This document shows positions 42,275 through 51,152 of a DNA stretch of 64,000 nucleotides, piece by piece. The stretch spans positions 14,625 through 78,624 of the forward strand of contig JAPLKT010000147.1 in the NCBI GenBank assembly GCA_026387895.1. The letters are read 5' to 3'. Positions within the stretch are counted from its first letter, which is position 1; each line of letters starts with the position of its first letter. The translations under genes and the position numbers were made by a program. The notes below the pieces were generated by a model that was not told the DNA's origin, did no database searches, and worked only from the letters and a program-made list of their open reading frames with translations. This stretch comes from Gemmatimonadota bacterium (GTDB lineage: Bacteria; Gemmatimonadota; Gemmatimonadetes; Gemmatimonadales; Gemmatimonadaceae).

Positions 42275-42799
42275 ATGTTCGTCCGTTCGCTGTTACTCCT
42301 TTGCATGGCCACCGCCTCGGCGGGCGCGCAGGTGACGTTGCCCACTCAGGGTGGTCAGGCAGCGTTCGCGGCGATCCAGGAGATTGTGCGGATCTTGGAT
42401 GCGGACCCGAAGACGGACTGGTCGCGTGTGAACCTCGAGGGGCTGCGCCGGCATTTGCAGGACATGGACGAGGTGACCATGCGTGCCGCGGTGTTGCAGC
42501 GGTCTGTCGCCGGTGGATTTCAAGCCGACGTGACCGGGGTTGGCGCGACGGTGGGTGCAATCCAGCGGATGGTGGTGAATCACGCGAAGATGATGGATGG
42601 GGTGGACGGATATCTTGTGCGTGCGGACTCGATTGCCGGTGGGGTGCGGGTGACCGTGCGTACGGCGGCAGCCGGTGATGTGAAGGCCGAGGCGCGGGTG
42701 CGAGGACTGGGGGTGATCGGGTTCCTGACGGAGGGGACGCATCATGTGCGGCACCATCTGACGATCGCGCGTGGGGAAGCGGGGGCGCACGGGCACTGA
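42275..42799 (+). CDS. Hypothetical secreted protein with a His-rich C-terminus
   Basis: Signal peptide 'MFVRSLLLLCMATASAGAQ'; GGAG lies 6 nt before ATG 42275. C-terminal 'GTHHVRHHLTIARGEAGAHGH'. No family recognised. Confidence 0.5.
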   Translation: MFVRSLLLLCMATASAGAQVTLPTQGGQAAFAAIQEIVRILDADPKTDWSRVNLEGLRRHLQDMDEVTMRAAVLQRSVAGGFQADVTGVGATVGAIQRMVVNHAKMMDGVDGYLVRADSIAGGVRVTVRTAAAGDVKAEARVRGLGVIGFLTEGTHHVRHHLTIARGEAGAHGH

Positions 42800-42986
42800 A
42801 TGCGATTGAGTTCGAATCGGGCATCGAGTGGCTCCCTTTCGCGGCATTCGAGCTCACGGCAATGTATACCGTTTCCGATCGCCTGACCGAGGACTTCGGA
42901 CATAAGGGGAATCGTCAGAAGGGCAGTTTCGTTAGATTGCAGGCACAGTTCAACTATTGATCCGCACCACGACCCTGGAGCCCCGC

Positions 42987-43403
42987 ATGGACAGCAATCT
43001 GATTTCTAATTCTGCCAGTGGCGTTGGTGCGCACGCGCTGTACTTCGGCGTCGCCATCGTCGCGGTGGTGCTTTTCGTGGCTATCTATGTCATGGTCACT
43101 CCCTACCGTGAGTTCGCGCTGATCCGCGACGGCAATACGGCCGCTGCGATCTCCTTGGGCGGCGCGATCCTCGGCTACACGATTCCGCTGGCGAAGGCAG
43201 TGGCGCAGAGCGAGGGATTGGGGGACATGCTGTTGTGGAGTGGAGTGGCGCTACTGGCGCAGCTCGTCGCCTACGGCGTGACACGGCTCGTCCTGAGCCG
43301 GTTGGCGTCTGATGTCGCAGAAGGGAAGACGGCACCCGCGGTCTTCCTGGCATCGGTTTCCCTCGCCATCGGGTTGCTGAACGCGGCGGCAATGACGGTG
43401 TAA
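42987..43403 (+). CDS. DUF350 domain membrane protein
   Basis: 'YREFALIRDGNTAAAISLGGAILGYTIPLA' and four hydrophobic segments. ATG 42987 has GGAG 6 nt upstream. Confidence 0.55.
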   Translation: MDSNLISNSASGVGAHALYFGVAIVAVVLFVAIYVMVTPYREFALIRDGNTAAAISLGGAILGYTIPLAKAVAQSEGLGDMLLWSGVALLAQLVAYGVTRLVLSRLASDVAEGKTAPAVFLASVSLAIGLLNAAAMTV

Positions 43404-43883
43404 ATGGCGCTCCGCTGGTCATCGGCCAGCGGTGTGTCACCCGTCCGAGCGATGGTCTGCGGTCGCCGGCCCCGGTATTCCTCCGAGTGCGGCCTCGCGT
43501 GCACGGCGTCTTCGACGCCGGCTGCCGAGTCGAGAGCATCATCGGGGGCATGCCGGTCGTGACCACCCACTTCAGCGTGAAGGACCGACTCCCGCAGCGC
43601 GGGCGGGCGCGGGCGCGTCGGCCATGAGGTCGATGCACGCGGACATGGGGAGCAGGCGTTCCACATCGACGTGGGAGACAATGCGCCTGCGGGCGTCAGT
43701 CATGGGGCAAACATTACCGTGTGGCGTTCTCGTCCGCAAACGCGGCGTACGCTTCACCGCTGCTCGATGGATCGGCCGGACATCATAGCGACTGCCCAGC
43801 ATCGACCCGTACATTACAAGCCGTTGGAGCGATGTCACCGTTGGGGCACGCCGCCACTTCACGTTCTCAATACAAGGTACTCA

Positions 43884-44696
43884 ATGACCCCGTCTCAGAC
43901 TCCCGCGCCGCGCTCGGGCAGCTCCCTTCCCGGGCTTGGGCTCCTCGGCCTCGGACTCTTCGCGAACTTCTTCGACACACTGGGCATCGGGTCGTTTGCC
44001 ACCACGACGAGCGTGCTCAAGCTCGGCAAGATGACCGAGGACGAGAAGATTCCCGGCACACTCAATGTCGGGCACTTGATTCCGACATTGCTCGAGGCTG
44101 GGCTCTTTCTGAGCGTGATTCAGGTGGAGATGCCCACGCTGCTTTCGATGATCGTCGCGGGAGGGCTCGGCGCCTGGTTCGGGGCGGGCCTCGTGGTGCG
44201 CTGGCCTCGCCGCACCGTACAACGCGCGATGGCACTGGCGTTGCTCTTCACCGCCGCCGTCATCACGCTGCGGCAGATCGGGATCTTTCCGCAGGGTGGA
44301 AACGCTGCCGGACTCGCCGGCATGGCGCTCATCGCTGCCGTGCTCGCCAACGCACTGATTGGTGCGCTCATGTCGCTCGGCATCGGTAACTACGCGCCGT
44401 GCATGGCGGTCATCTACTCGCTGGGGGTGAGCCCACGCGTGGCGTTTCCTATCATGGCCGGCTCGGCCGCCATCATGATGCCGGTTGCCGCACTTCGATT
44501 CTGGAAGTCGGGGCGTTTCGATCGTCGCATATCGCTCGGCCTGGCGGTGGGCGGCATTCCCGGCGTCCTCATCGCCGTCTACATCGTGAAGGAACTTCCC
44601 GTGCAATACCTCCTCTGGATGGTGGTCGGCGTGCTGGTGTACACATCGGCGACACTGTGGTCCTCATCGAAGGCTGATGCGCCGGTGGCCGCATGA
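43884..44696 (+). CDS. TSUP (TauE/SafE) family membrane transporter
   Basis: About 8 hydrophobic segments and '[14 protein letters not shown]'. ATG 43884 chosen because the upstream part of the track ORF is Arg-rich and non-membrane. Confidence 0.55.
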   Translation: MTPSQTPAPRSGSSLPGLGLLGLGLFANFFDTLGIGSFATTTSVLKLGKMTEDEKIPGTLNVGHLIPTLLEAGLFLSVIQVEMPTLLSMIVAGGLGAWFGAGLVVRWPRRTVQRAMALALLFTAAVITLRQIGIFPQGGNAAGLAGMALIAAVLANALIGALMSLGIGNYAPCMAVIYSLGVSPRVAFPIMAGSAAIMMPVAALRFWKSGRFDRRISLGLAVGGIPGVLIAVYIVKELPVQYLLWMVVGVLVYTSATLWSSSKADAPVAA

Positions 44697-45796
44697 AGAT
44701 CACCGGCATCCGCATGTTCCAGATTGACCTCCCGCTGCACGAGGGGAGTTACAAGTGGTCGGGCGGCAACTCGGTTTCGGTGTTCGATGCGACCGTCGTC
44801 GGTGTCGACACCGACGACGGCATCACGGGGTGGGGCGAGGTGTGCCCGCTCGGGCCGGCCTATCTTCCCGCGTACGCCCGCGGCGCCCGCGCAGGCATCG
44901 CCGAGTTGGCACCGCAGTTGATCGGCGCCGATCCACTCGCGCTCGGGTTGCTCAACGAACGGATGGACAGCGCGATGCGCGGCCATCCCTACGTGAAGTC
45001 GGCCATCGACATGGCCTGCTGGGACCTGCTCGGCAAGGCGAGCGGACTGCCCGTCGCCACGCTCATGGGCGGCCACGTCGGTGATGACTTTGCGCTGTAC
45101 CGTGCCATCTCGCAGGAGTCGCCCGAAGCGATGGCCGCGCGTATCGCCCATTACCGCGGCGAGGGATATACGAAGTTCCAGCTCAAGGTCGGCGGCAATC
45201 CCGACACCGACATCCAGCGCATCCACGCCGCAGCAGAAACGCTGCAGGCCGGCGACGTGCTGATTGCCGACGCCAACACCGGGTGGACGCAGCACGCCGC
45301 CATGCGCGTGGCCGACGCCGTACGCGACGTCAATGTGTACATCGAGCAGCCCTGCATGACGTACGAGCAGTGCCTTTCCGTGCGCCGGCACACGAACCGG
45401 CCGTTCATTCTCGACGAGGTCGTGGATGGCATCGACATGCTCGTGCGTGCGGTGTCTGATCAGGCGATGGACGTCATCAACCTCAAGATTTCAAAGGTCG
45501 GCGGACTCACCAAGGCGCGGCAGATCCGCGACCTCTGCGTGTCGCTGGGCATCGCGATGACCATTGAAGACACGTGGGGCGGCGACATCATTACGGCGGC
45601 GATCGCGCATCTGGCACATAGTACGCCGGATCGGTTCCTCTTTTCGGCGACGGATTTCAACTCGTACGGGACGGTGGCATTCGCCGAGGGCGCCCCGCAG
45701 CGCAAGCACGGGCGGCTGGCGGCGTCGCGTGAGCCGGGGCTCGGCGTGCGGCCGATGATGGACGTGCTCGGCAAGCCGCTGCAGGTGTGGAGCTAA
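44693..45796 (+). CDS. Enolase-superfamily enzyme, muconate-lactonizing-enzyme subgroup (racemase/epimerase/dehydratase; specificity unknown)
   Basis: 'KFQLKVGG' (KxK), metal ligands in 'IADANTGW', 'YIEQP' and 'ILDEV', and a second base in 'NLKISKVGG'. ATG 44693-44695 overlaps TGA 44694-44696. Confidence 0.8.
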   Translation: MKITGIRMFQIDLPLHEGSYKWSGGNSVSVFDATVVGVDTDDGITGWGEVCPLGPAYLPAYARGARAGIAELAPQLIGADPLALGLLNERMDSAMRGHPYVKSAIDMACWDLLGKASGLPVATLMGGHVGDDFALYRAISQESPEAMAARIAHYRGEGYTKFQLKVGGNPDTDIQRIHAAAETLQAGDVLIADANTGWTQHAAMRVADAVRDVNVYIEQPCMTYEQCLSVRRHTNRPFILDEVVDGIDMLVRAVSDQAMDVINLKISKVGGLTKARQIRDLCVSLGIAMTIEDTWGGDIITAAIAHLAHSTPDRFLFSATDFNSYGTVAFAEGAPQRKHGRLAASREPGLGVRPMMDVLGKPLQVWS

Positions 45797-47427
45797 TGCT
45801 CGGCATTCTCAGCGCGTTCTTCCTTCTCATTGCGGCGGGCACCCCGCGTCCGGCCGACACGTATCCACGCCAGCCGGTCGACGTCGAGCACTATCGTTTC
45901 GCGCTGACTCTCTCAGACAGCACCGATCGCATCGTCGGCGAGGCCACCGTGCGCATGCGGCTGCTCGCCGCTGACATTCGGTCGGTGACGCTCGACCTTG
46001 CCGACGCGAGTGCCGCCAAGACAGGTCGAGGCATGCGGGTAAGCGCGGTAACGCGCGGCGGCGCGGCGCTCGTCTTTTCGCACAGCGCGGACCGGCTCGC
46101 CATTACGCTCGATCATCCGTCCACCGCTGGCGAGGTCATCGAACTCGTGGTGCGCTATGCAGGCATCGCCGCGGACGGGCTGCAGATCAAGCCGAACAAG
46201 TACGGCGACCGGACGTTCTACTCGGATGACTGGCCCAACAAGGCGCATCAGTGGCTACCCACCATTGACCACATTGCGGACAAGGCAACGATGGAGATGG
46301 ATGTGGTGGCGCCCGCGCACTATCAGGTGATTTCGAACGGGCGTCGTGTGGAGCAGACGGATTTGCCGGGCGGCACGCGTCGCACGGTGTGGCGTGAGTC
46401 GGTGCCCATCGCCCCGTGGCTCTACGTGTTAGGCGTCGCCCGATTCGCCGTGCAAACGGTCGGAGACTACGCGGGAGCCCCGATTGAGACGTGGGTATAC
46501 GCGCAGGATCGCGATGCCGGTTTCTTCGACTTTGCCGTGCCGTCCCGCGACGTTTTGGCGTTCTATAGTGAGCGCATTGGGCCGTTCGCATATGAGAAAC
46601 TCGCCAACGTCCAATCCAATGTTGGCGGCGGCGGTATGGAGGCAGCGTCCGCCATCATGTACGGCGCCAACAGTGTCACCGGCACGCGCACCGTGCGGTG
46701 GCGCAACGTGGTGATTCACGAGATTGCGCATCAGTGGTTTGGCAACGCGGTGACCGAGAGCGATTGGAACGACGTCTGGCTGAGCGAGGGTTTCGCGACG
46801 TACTTCACGCTGCTCTTCATTGAACACGCCTATGGCCGAGAGGAGTTTGCGTCGGGGCTCCGCGACTCGCGAAAGACGGTGCTCGATTTCTACGCCAAGA
46901 CACCGGACTACCGCGTGGTGCACGAGAACCTGGCGGATATGGCGCAGGTGAGCAACGGGATGACGTACCAGAAAGGCAGCTGGGTGCTGCACATGCTGCG
47001 TCAGCGCATGGGGGACGATCGGTTCTGGGCGGGCATTCGCGACTACTACGCACGATACCGTAACGCGAACGCCTCGACGAACGACTTCAGGCTCGCGATG
47101 GAACGCGCGTCGGGTCTGGAGCTGTCCGCGTTCTTCAAACAGTGGCTGTATCGTGGCGGCATTCCGCGCATCGAGGGCACGTGGCAGTGGGACGCGACCG
47201 CCAAGCAGGTGGTGGTGGAACTCACACAGACGCAGCCCGGCGAGCCATTCGTACTGCCGGTGGACGTTGGCATCACGCTCACCGACGGCAAGGTGCGCGT
47301 GGAGCGAGCCGACCTCGCGGGGCATGCGGCGCGGTTCAGCTTCGCGTGCGAGCAGGAGCCATCGAGCGTTGCACTCGACCCGAATGTGCGATTGCTGTTC
47401 GAAGGGCGGCTGGCGCGCCGACCGTAG
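45796..47427 (+). CDS. M1 family metallopeptidase (aminopeptidase N-like)
   Basis: 'VIHEIAHQWFGNAV' (HExxH) followed by 'WLSEGFATY'. ATG 45796 shares one nt with the upstream TAA 45794-45796. Confidence 0.85.
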   Translation: MLGILSAFFLLIAAGTPRPADTYPRQPVDVEHYRFALTLSDSTDRIVGEATVRMRLLAADIRSVTLDLADASAAKTGRGMRVSAVTRGGAALVFSHSADRLAITLDHPSTAGEVIELVVRYAGIAADGLQIKPNKYGDRTFYSDDWPNKAHQWLPTIDHIADKATMEMDVVAPAHYQVISNGRRVEQTDLPGGTRRTVWRESVPIAPWLYVLGVARFAVQTVGDYAGAPIETWVYAQDRDAGFFDFAVPSRDVLAFYSERIGPFAYEKLANVQSNVGGGGMEAASAIMYGANSVTGTRTVRWRNVVIHEIAHQWFGNAVTESDWNDVWLSEGFATYFTLLFIEHAYGREEFASGLRDSRKTVLDFYAKTPDYRVVHENLADMAQVSNGMTYQKGSWVLHMLRQRMGDDRFWAGIRDYYARYRNANASTNDFRLAMERASGLELSAFFKQWLYRGGIPRIEGTWQWDATAKQVVVELTQTQPGEPFVLPVDVGITLTDGKVRVERADLAGHAARFSFACEQEPSSVALDPNVRLLFEGRLARRP

Positions 47428-47477
47428 CGTGGTGCTGTCCAGCTCTCGGCGCGTTACGATTTCGTCGCCGGAACACG

Positions 47478-48110
47478 CTAGGTCGACTGGCGCGGCGTGA
47501 GGCGCTCGGCCAAATCAGGGAAGAGGATCTGCGGCAGTGACAGCCGCGACCTGGATGCGCCGGCGAAACCGGTTGCCCGCTCAAAGCGCTCAATCGTCGT
47601 CAGGGCCGTCGCCATCGACTCCTTGCGCGTCGCCTCGAACTCGACGCAGCGGACGGCACGCGACGAGGTCGAGGCCTCGTAGTACACGACTTCGCAGTCG
47701 GCAAAGTACCACACCTCTAGGTCCTTGTGCAGCGTGCCGCTCCAGAGGACACCGAGCCGATCCATGAAGGCGTCGACCTGCGCATCCTGGTTGCCCGCGT
47801 GCTGTCCGAGATCGAGGTTGACCTCGACCCGAACCTCGGTGTCGGCTTCGAGCGCCTTGATCGTCAGGTGATGGAGCTCGGCATCGTAGCGATGCCGCAT
47901 CAGGAACCGGCGGGCGCTGCCACCCTCGGTCAGGAAGTAGCGGTCGCGCACGCGAATCACGCCACTCCTGGTCGGACCCAGCGCGTTGACCAGCTGCCGA
48001 AAGCGCGGCACATCGAACTGGTCATCGACGATGTACTTGTGCTCGATCTCCTTGAATCGCAACTCGTCTGTCGACACCAGGGCTCCTTTGCCATCGGTGA
48101 GGGAACTCAC
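47478..48110 (-). CDS. CYTH (triphosphate tunnel metalloenzyme) domain protein
   Basis: N-terminal 'FKEIEHKY' (ExExK) and alternating charged beta-strand pattern ('RVRDRYF', 'LMRHRYD', 'LTIKALE', 'RVEVNLDL'). Start set to GTG 48108-48110, overlapping TGA 48107-48109. Confidence 0.7.
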   Translation of the reverse strand: MSSLTDGKGALVSTDELRFKEIEHKYIVDDQFDVPRFRQLVNALGPTRSGVIRVRDRYFLTEGGSARRFLMRHRYDAELHHLTIKALEADTEVRVEVNLDLGQHAGNQDAQVDAFMDRLGVLWSGTLHKDLEVWYFADCEVVYYEASTSSRAVRCVEFEATRKESMATALTTIERFERATGFAGASRSRLSLPQILFPDLAERLTPRQST

Positions 48111-49258
48111 ATCCACCGCTTGAACCAGCCGAGCAGCCAGCGCCTGGCCTTCAGCCGCGCGGGCAGGTCGTCGAGAGTCTGCCGAGTCACCAGCCCGTTG
48201 TCCGGATGCTGGCCGAGCTCGGCGAAGATGGCCGCTGCGGGCTGCGTCGCACGGACATCGCGGCTGACCAGCATGGCCTCGGCCAGCCGATCGTGGGCCG
48301 CGTGCTCGAAGTTGTAACTCCCGAACGCCACCCACTCGTCGTCGATCAGCACGATCTTCGAGTGCTCGCCGCGGCGGTTCTCATAGATGCGCACGCCCGC
48401 ATCCAACAGGCGATGGTAGTGCGCGGCCGCCGCGATCCAGGCCAGGTCCGTGGCCGGCAACGCGTCGCGATGCGAGTGATGCACCTCGACTCGCACTCCC
48501 CGGCGCGCGGCATCGACCAACGCCGTCAGCAGGAGCTCAACTGGCTTGAAATAGAAACTGGTGATCCGGACCGATCGCCGCGCGGCGCGAATCCGATCGG
48601 CGAGGCCGTCGGTCACCAGGTTGCGGCCGCGCCAGCCCAGGGGGCCGAACCGCCCCTGTTCGGTGTTCGGGTTGCACAGCCAGTATTCGAGCGCGAGATC
48701 CGCGACGCCGGTCGCCGCGACTTCATCCAACTGACGGAGATGTGACTCGTGCACCGAGCCGCCGATGTCGCGGTAGCTTTCGAGCAGCGTCCGCACCACC
48801 GGGCCACGCACCGCGACAGCGTACTCGTTCCAGCCATCGAACGACGACCGCGTCAGGTTGCTGCTGGCGAAGATCGCCTCACCCGTTTCCGATACCTGGA
48901 TTTTGACGTGCTGGCCGCCGCCGAGCCACCGCTGCAGCCATCGCCCAGGTTGGTAGGTCGTCACCACGCCGCCTGCGCGGCGCAGCTCATCCAGCATTGC
49001 GGCCAAGGCCGCCTTGTGCTCGCCGGACATCACCAGGCCACCCAGGCGCTGGCCGAATCCGTCGATCAGCAGATTCACCGCCACGCCGCGGCGCTGGGCC
49101 GCCACCAGTTCCGTCAGCATCCCGACGCCGTACCAGTCATGCTCGATGTAGAAGGTCGACAGATAGAGGAATGACCGTGCCTCCCTGACCATCGCGAGCC
49201 GGCGCTCCCATTCAGCGGCGCGGTTCCAGAGCGGCAAGAACGCAGAAGCGCTGGTCAT
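48107..49258 (-). CDS. Phospholipase D superfamily protein with two HKD motifs (cardiolipin/phosphatidyl-transferase-like)
   Basis: 'HVKIQVSETGEAIFASSN' and 'HSKIVLIDDEWVAFGSYN'. Confidence 0.8.
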   Translation of the reverse strand: MTSASAFLPLWNRAAEWERRLAMVREARSFLYLSTFYIEHDWYGVGMLTELVAAQRRGVAVNLLIDGFGQRLGGLVMSGEHKAALAAMLDELRRAGGVVTTYQPGRWLQRWLGGGQHVKIQVSETGEAIFASSNLTRSSFDGWNEYAVAVRGPVVRTLLESYRDIGGSVHESHLRQLDEVAATGVADLALEYWLCNPNTEQGRFGPLGWRGRNLVTDGLADRIRAARRSVRITSFYFKPVELLLTALVDAARRGVRVEVHHSHRDALPATDLAWIAAAAHYHRLLDAGVRIYENRRGEHSKIVLIDDEWVAFGSYNFEHAAHDRLAEAMLVSRDVRATQPAAAIFAELGQHPDNGLVTRQTLDDLPARLKARRWLLGWFKRWM

Positions 49259-49264
49259 CGACCG

Positions 49265-49996
49265 CTACAGCCTGTAGCCACCGGCCACGTCGATGTTGGC
49301 GCCGGTCACATAGGCGGCATCGAGCAGATATGCCACCGCCTGGGCAACCTCGTCCAGCGCGCCTGCCCGTCCGAGCGGCACCGTGCGTCCGATTTCATCG
49401 GGTGGCGGCAGATCGACAGAGTTGTCGAGCTGACCGGGCGACACCATGTTGACCCGGATGTTGCGCTCCGCGTACGCCGCCGCCAGCGACCGTGTCAGCG
49501 CGAGGAGTCCGATCTTGCTGACGAAGTAATCGGCGCCGAGCACGTTGGCGCGAGCGCCCTCAAGGCCGGCCATCCCGATGTTGATGATGTTGCCGCTTGA
49601 CGGCATCAGCCGAAGCGCATGGAAGCAGCAGTAGTACGCGCCGGAGAGGTTGGCGGCGAGCGTGGCATCCCACACCGCCGGGTCGAGATTGGTGATGTGC
49701 TGCGGGTTATAGTTGCCGACATTGTTCACCAGTAGATCGACACGACCTTCCCGCTGTGCGATCTCCGCGAAGACCTCGGCCACCTGGGTCTCGACACCCA
49801 CATCCACCACTCGGGCCCGGGCCTGCCGGCCACTGGCAATGATCTGCCGCTCCAGCTCGCGCGCAGCGTCCGCAGAATTGCGGTACAGAATCACCAGGTC
49901 GTAACCACGCGCGGCGAGCGCCGTGCACAAATGTCGGCCGAGTCGGATGGCGCCGCCGGTGACAACGGCAATCGGGGCGGACCGGGGGTGGCTCAC
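49265..49996 (-). CDS. Short-chain dehydrogenase/reductase, FolM/PTR1-like (putative pteridine reductase)
   Basis: 'VVTGGAIRLG' (TGx3RxG variant), 'NNVG', catalytic 'YFVSK'. Start set to GTG 49994-49996, overlapping TGA 49993-49995. Confidence 0.7.
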   Translation of the reverse strand: MSHPRSAPIAVVTGGAIRLGRHLCTALAARGYDLVILYRNSADAARELERQIIASGRQARARVVDVGVETQVAEVFAEIAQREGRVDLLVNNVGNYNPQHITNLDPAVWDATLAANLSGAYYCCFHALRLMPSSGNIINIGMAGLEGARANVLGADYFVSKIGLLALTRSLAAAYAERNIRVNMVSPGQLDNSVDLPPPDEIGRTVPLGRAGALDEVAQAVAYLLDAAYVTGANIDVAGGYRL

Positions 49997-50352
49997 GGCC
50001 GGACGCGCTCCACCCGAACGAAGGAGCACGCGGCGGCCGGGACGGCGGCCGGCTTGCGAATCTCGAGCCGAACCCGTCGCACCTGGGGAAACCGGGCGAG
50101 CAACATCGCCGCGGTCTCTTCGGCCATGGTCTCGATCAGTTGAAACGCCCTGTGGTGGGCCAGCTCGGTCACTCCCTTGGCCACGCCGTCGTAGTCGAGG
50201 GCGTCACCAATCGCATCCGAGGCCGCCGCCGCCGCAAAGTCGTAGTCGAGATCGATGTCGATGATCACGGACTGCCGAGCCTCGCGCTCGTGCTGGTAGA
50301 TCCCGACGATGCACTCCACCCGGAGGCCCTGAAGGCCTGTAGTTCCGATCAT
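49993..50352 (-). CDS. Dihydroneopterin aldolase family protein (FolB/FolX-like T-fold)
   Basis: 119 aa: 'LRVECIVGIYQHEREARQSVIIDIDL', 'LDYDGV', 'LIETMAEE', 'EIRKPAA'. ATG 50350-50352 is preceded by GGAGGAG on the minus strand. Confidence 0.75.
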   Translation of the reverse strand: MIGTTGLQGLRVECIVGIYQHEREARQSVIIDIDLDYDFAAAAASDAIGDALDYDGVAKGVTELAHHRAFQLIETMAEETAAMLLARFPQVRRVRLEIRKPAAVPAAACSFVRVERVRP

Positions 50353-50369
50353 AACGGGGTTCTCCTCCT

Positions 50370-51152
50370 CTACTCGGGTCGGCGAGCGATCCAGACCTGC
50401 TCGCGCGCGGTGTTGTTCGCGAACGGCGTGCGCGCGAAATCTCCGAAGCAAGATTCAATCACGAAGCCGGCTTCCTGGAGCAGGGTCCGTGCCTGCGACG
50501 GTTCGAGCCAGCTGAGGCTCAGCCGGCGGTACTGCCGCCGGACCAGCACGCCCTCGGCGTCGAGTGTATCCTCCCACGTCACGACCCTGATCGACTGCGA
50601 GGCCTCATCCACTAGGGACGTGACCCACAACAGGGTCTCCGCGCCTGCCGCGGTTCGGTACGCGGCGCGCAGTTGCACACGCCGCATGTGGTCGATGAGG
50701 GCCGGCGTCATCAGGAAATCGTCAAAGACGAAACGACCGCCGGGCTGGAGCTGGGAGAAGATGTGGGCGATGGCGCCGCGCTTGTCGTCGAGCGTCGGCA
50801 GGTGGCCGAGGCTGTGATAAGGCAAGGCGACGAGTCCGGCGGGCTGGTCGAGCTTGAAGTGCCGGAAGTCGGCGTGTTGCAGCGTCAGCTGCTCAAGGAC
50901 GCCGGCGTCCGCCGCGCGGCGGCGGCAGCGTTCGAGCATGGCGGCAGACAGATCAATGCCAATGACGGCTCGTCCCCGGGCTGCCGCCGGCACGGCAATG
51001 CGGCCATCGCCGACGCCAAGCTCCACGACCGGACCGGCCGCTTGCAGGTACGCGTCCACGTAGAACGCCAGGTTGGCGCGCGTGGAGGCGGCGGTATCGG
51101 TCCACACCGCGTAGATGTCGGCAAAACTGTCGTACTCGCTTGTCGGGAGCAT
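50370..51152 (-). CDS. Class I SAM-dependent methyltransferase
   Basis: 'VVELGVGDGRIAV', 'IGIDLSAAML', 'LQPGGRFVFD'. ATG 51150-51152 chosen because the upstream part of the track ORF is Arg/Pro-rich. Confidence 0.7.
   Translation of the reverse strand: MLPTSEYDSFADIYAVWTDTAASTRANLAFYVDAYLQAAGPVVELGVGDGRIAVPAAARGRAVIGIDLSAAMLERCRRRAADAGVLEQLTLQHADFRHFKLDQPAGLVALPYHSLGHLPTLDDKRGAIAHIFSQLQPGGRFVFDDFLMTPALIDHMRRVQLRAAYRTAAGAETLLWVTSLVDEASQSIRVVTWEDTLDAEGVLVRRQYRRLSLSWLEPSQARTLLQEAGFVIESCFGDFARTPFANNTAREQVWIARRPE

Noticed and set aside
42806-42830. tRNA-like 'gagttcgaatcgg' T-loop-like string
   Set aside because: The flanking bases cannot form a T-stem, acceptor stem or anticodon arm, so no cloverleaf is possible.
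43271-43403. OCD-like 'TGDTPLA...IYTVIAAAFS' similarity in the minus-strand frame
   Set aside because: This stretch is simply the antisense of the DUF350 C-terminus ('LNAAAMTV'). The resemblance to the OCD 'RTAAAS' motif is coincidental, so only the short N-terminal fragment at 43572-43702 is retained as a weak candidate.
48107-49258. PLD-family protein as a stand-alone anti-phage nuclease/defence effector paired with CYTH as a signal generator
   Set aside because: There are no other defence hallmarks: no sensor NTPase, no mobile context, native composition. It is embedded by 4-nt overlaps in an operon with FolB/FolM-like pterin enzymes. The possibility is kept only as an alternative that cannot be excluded from sequence alone.
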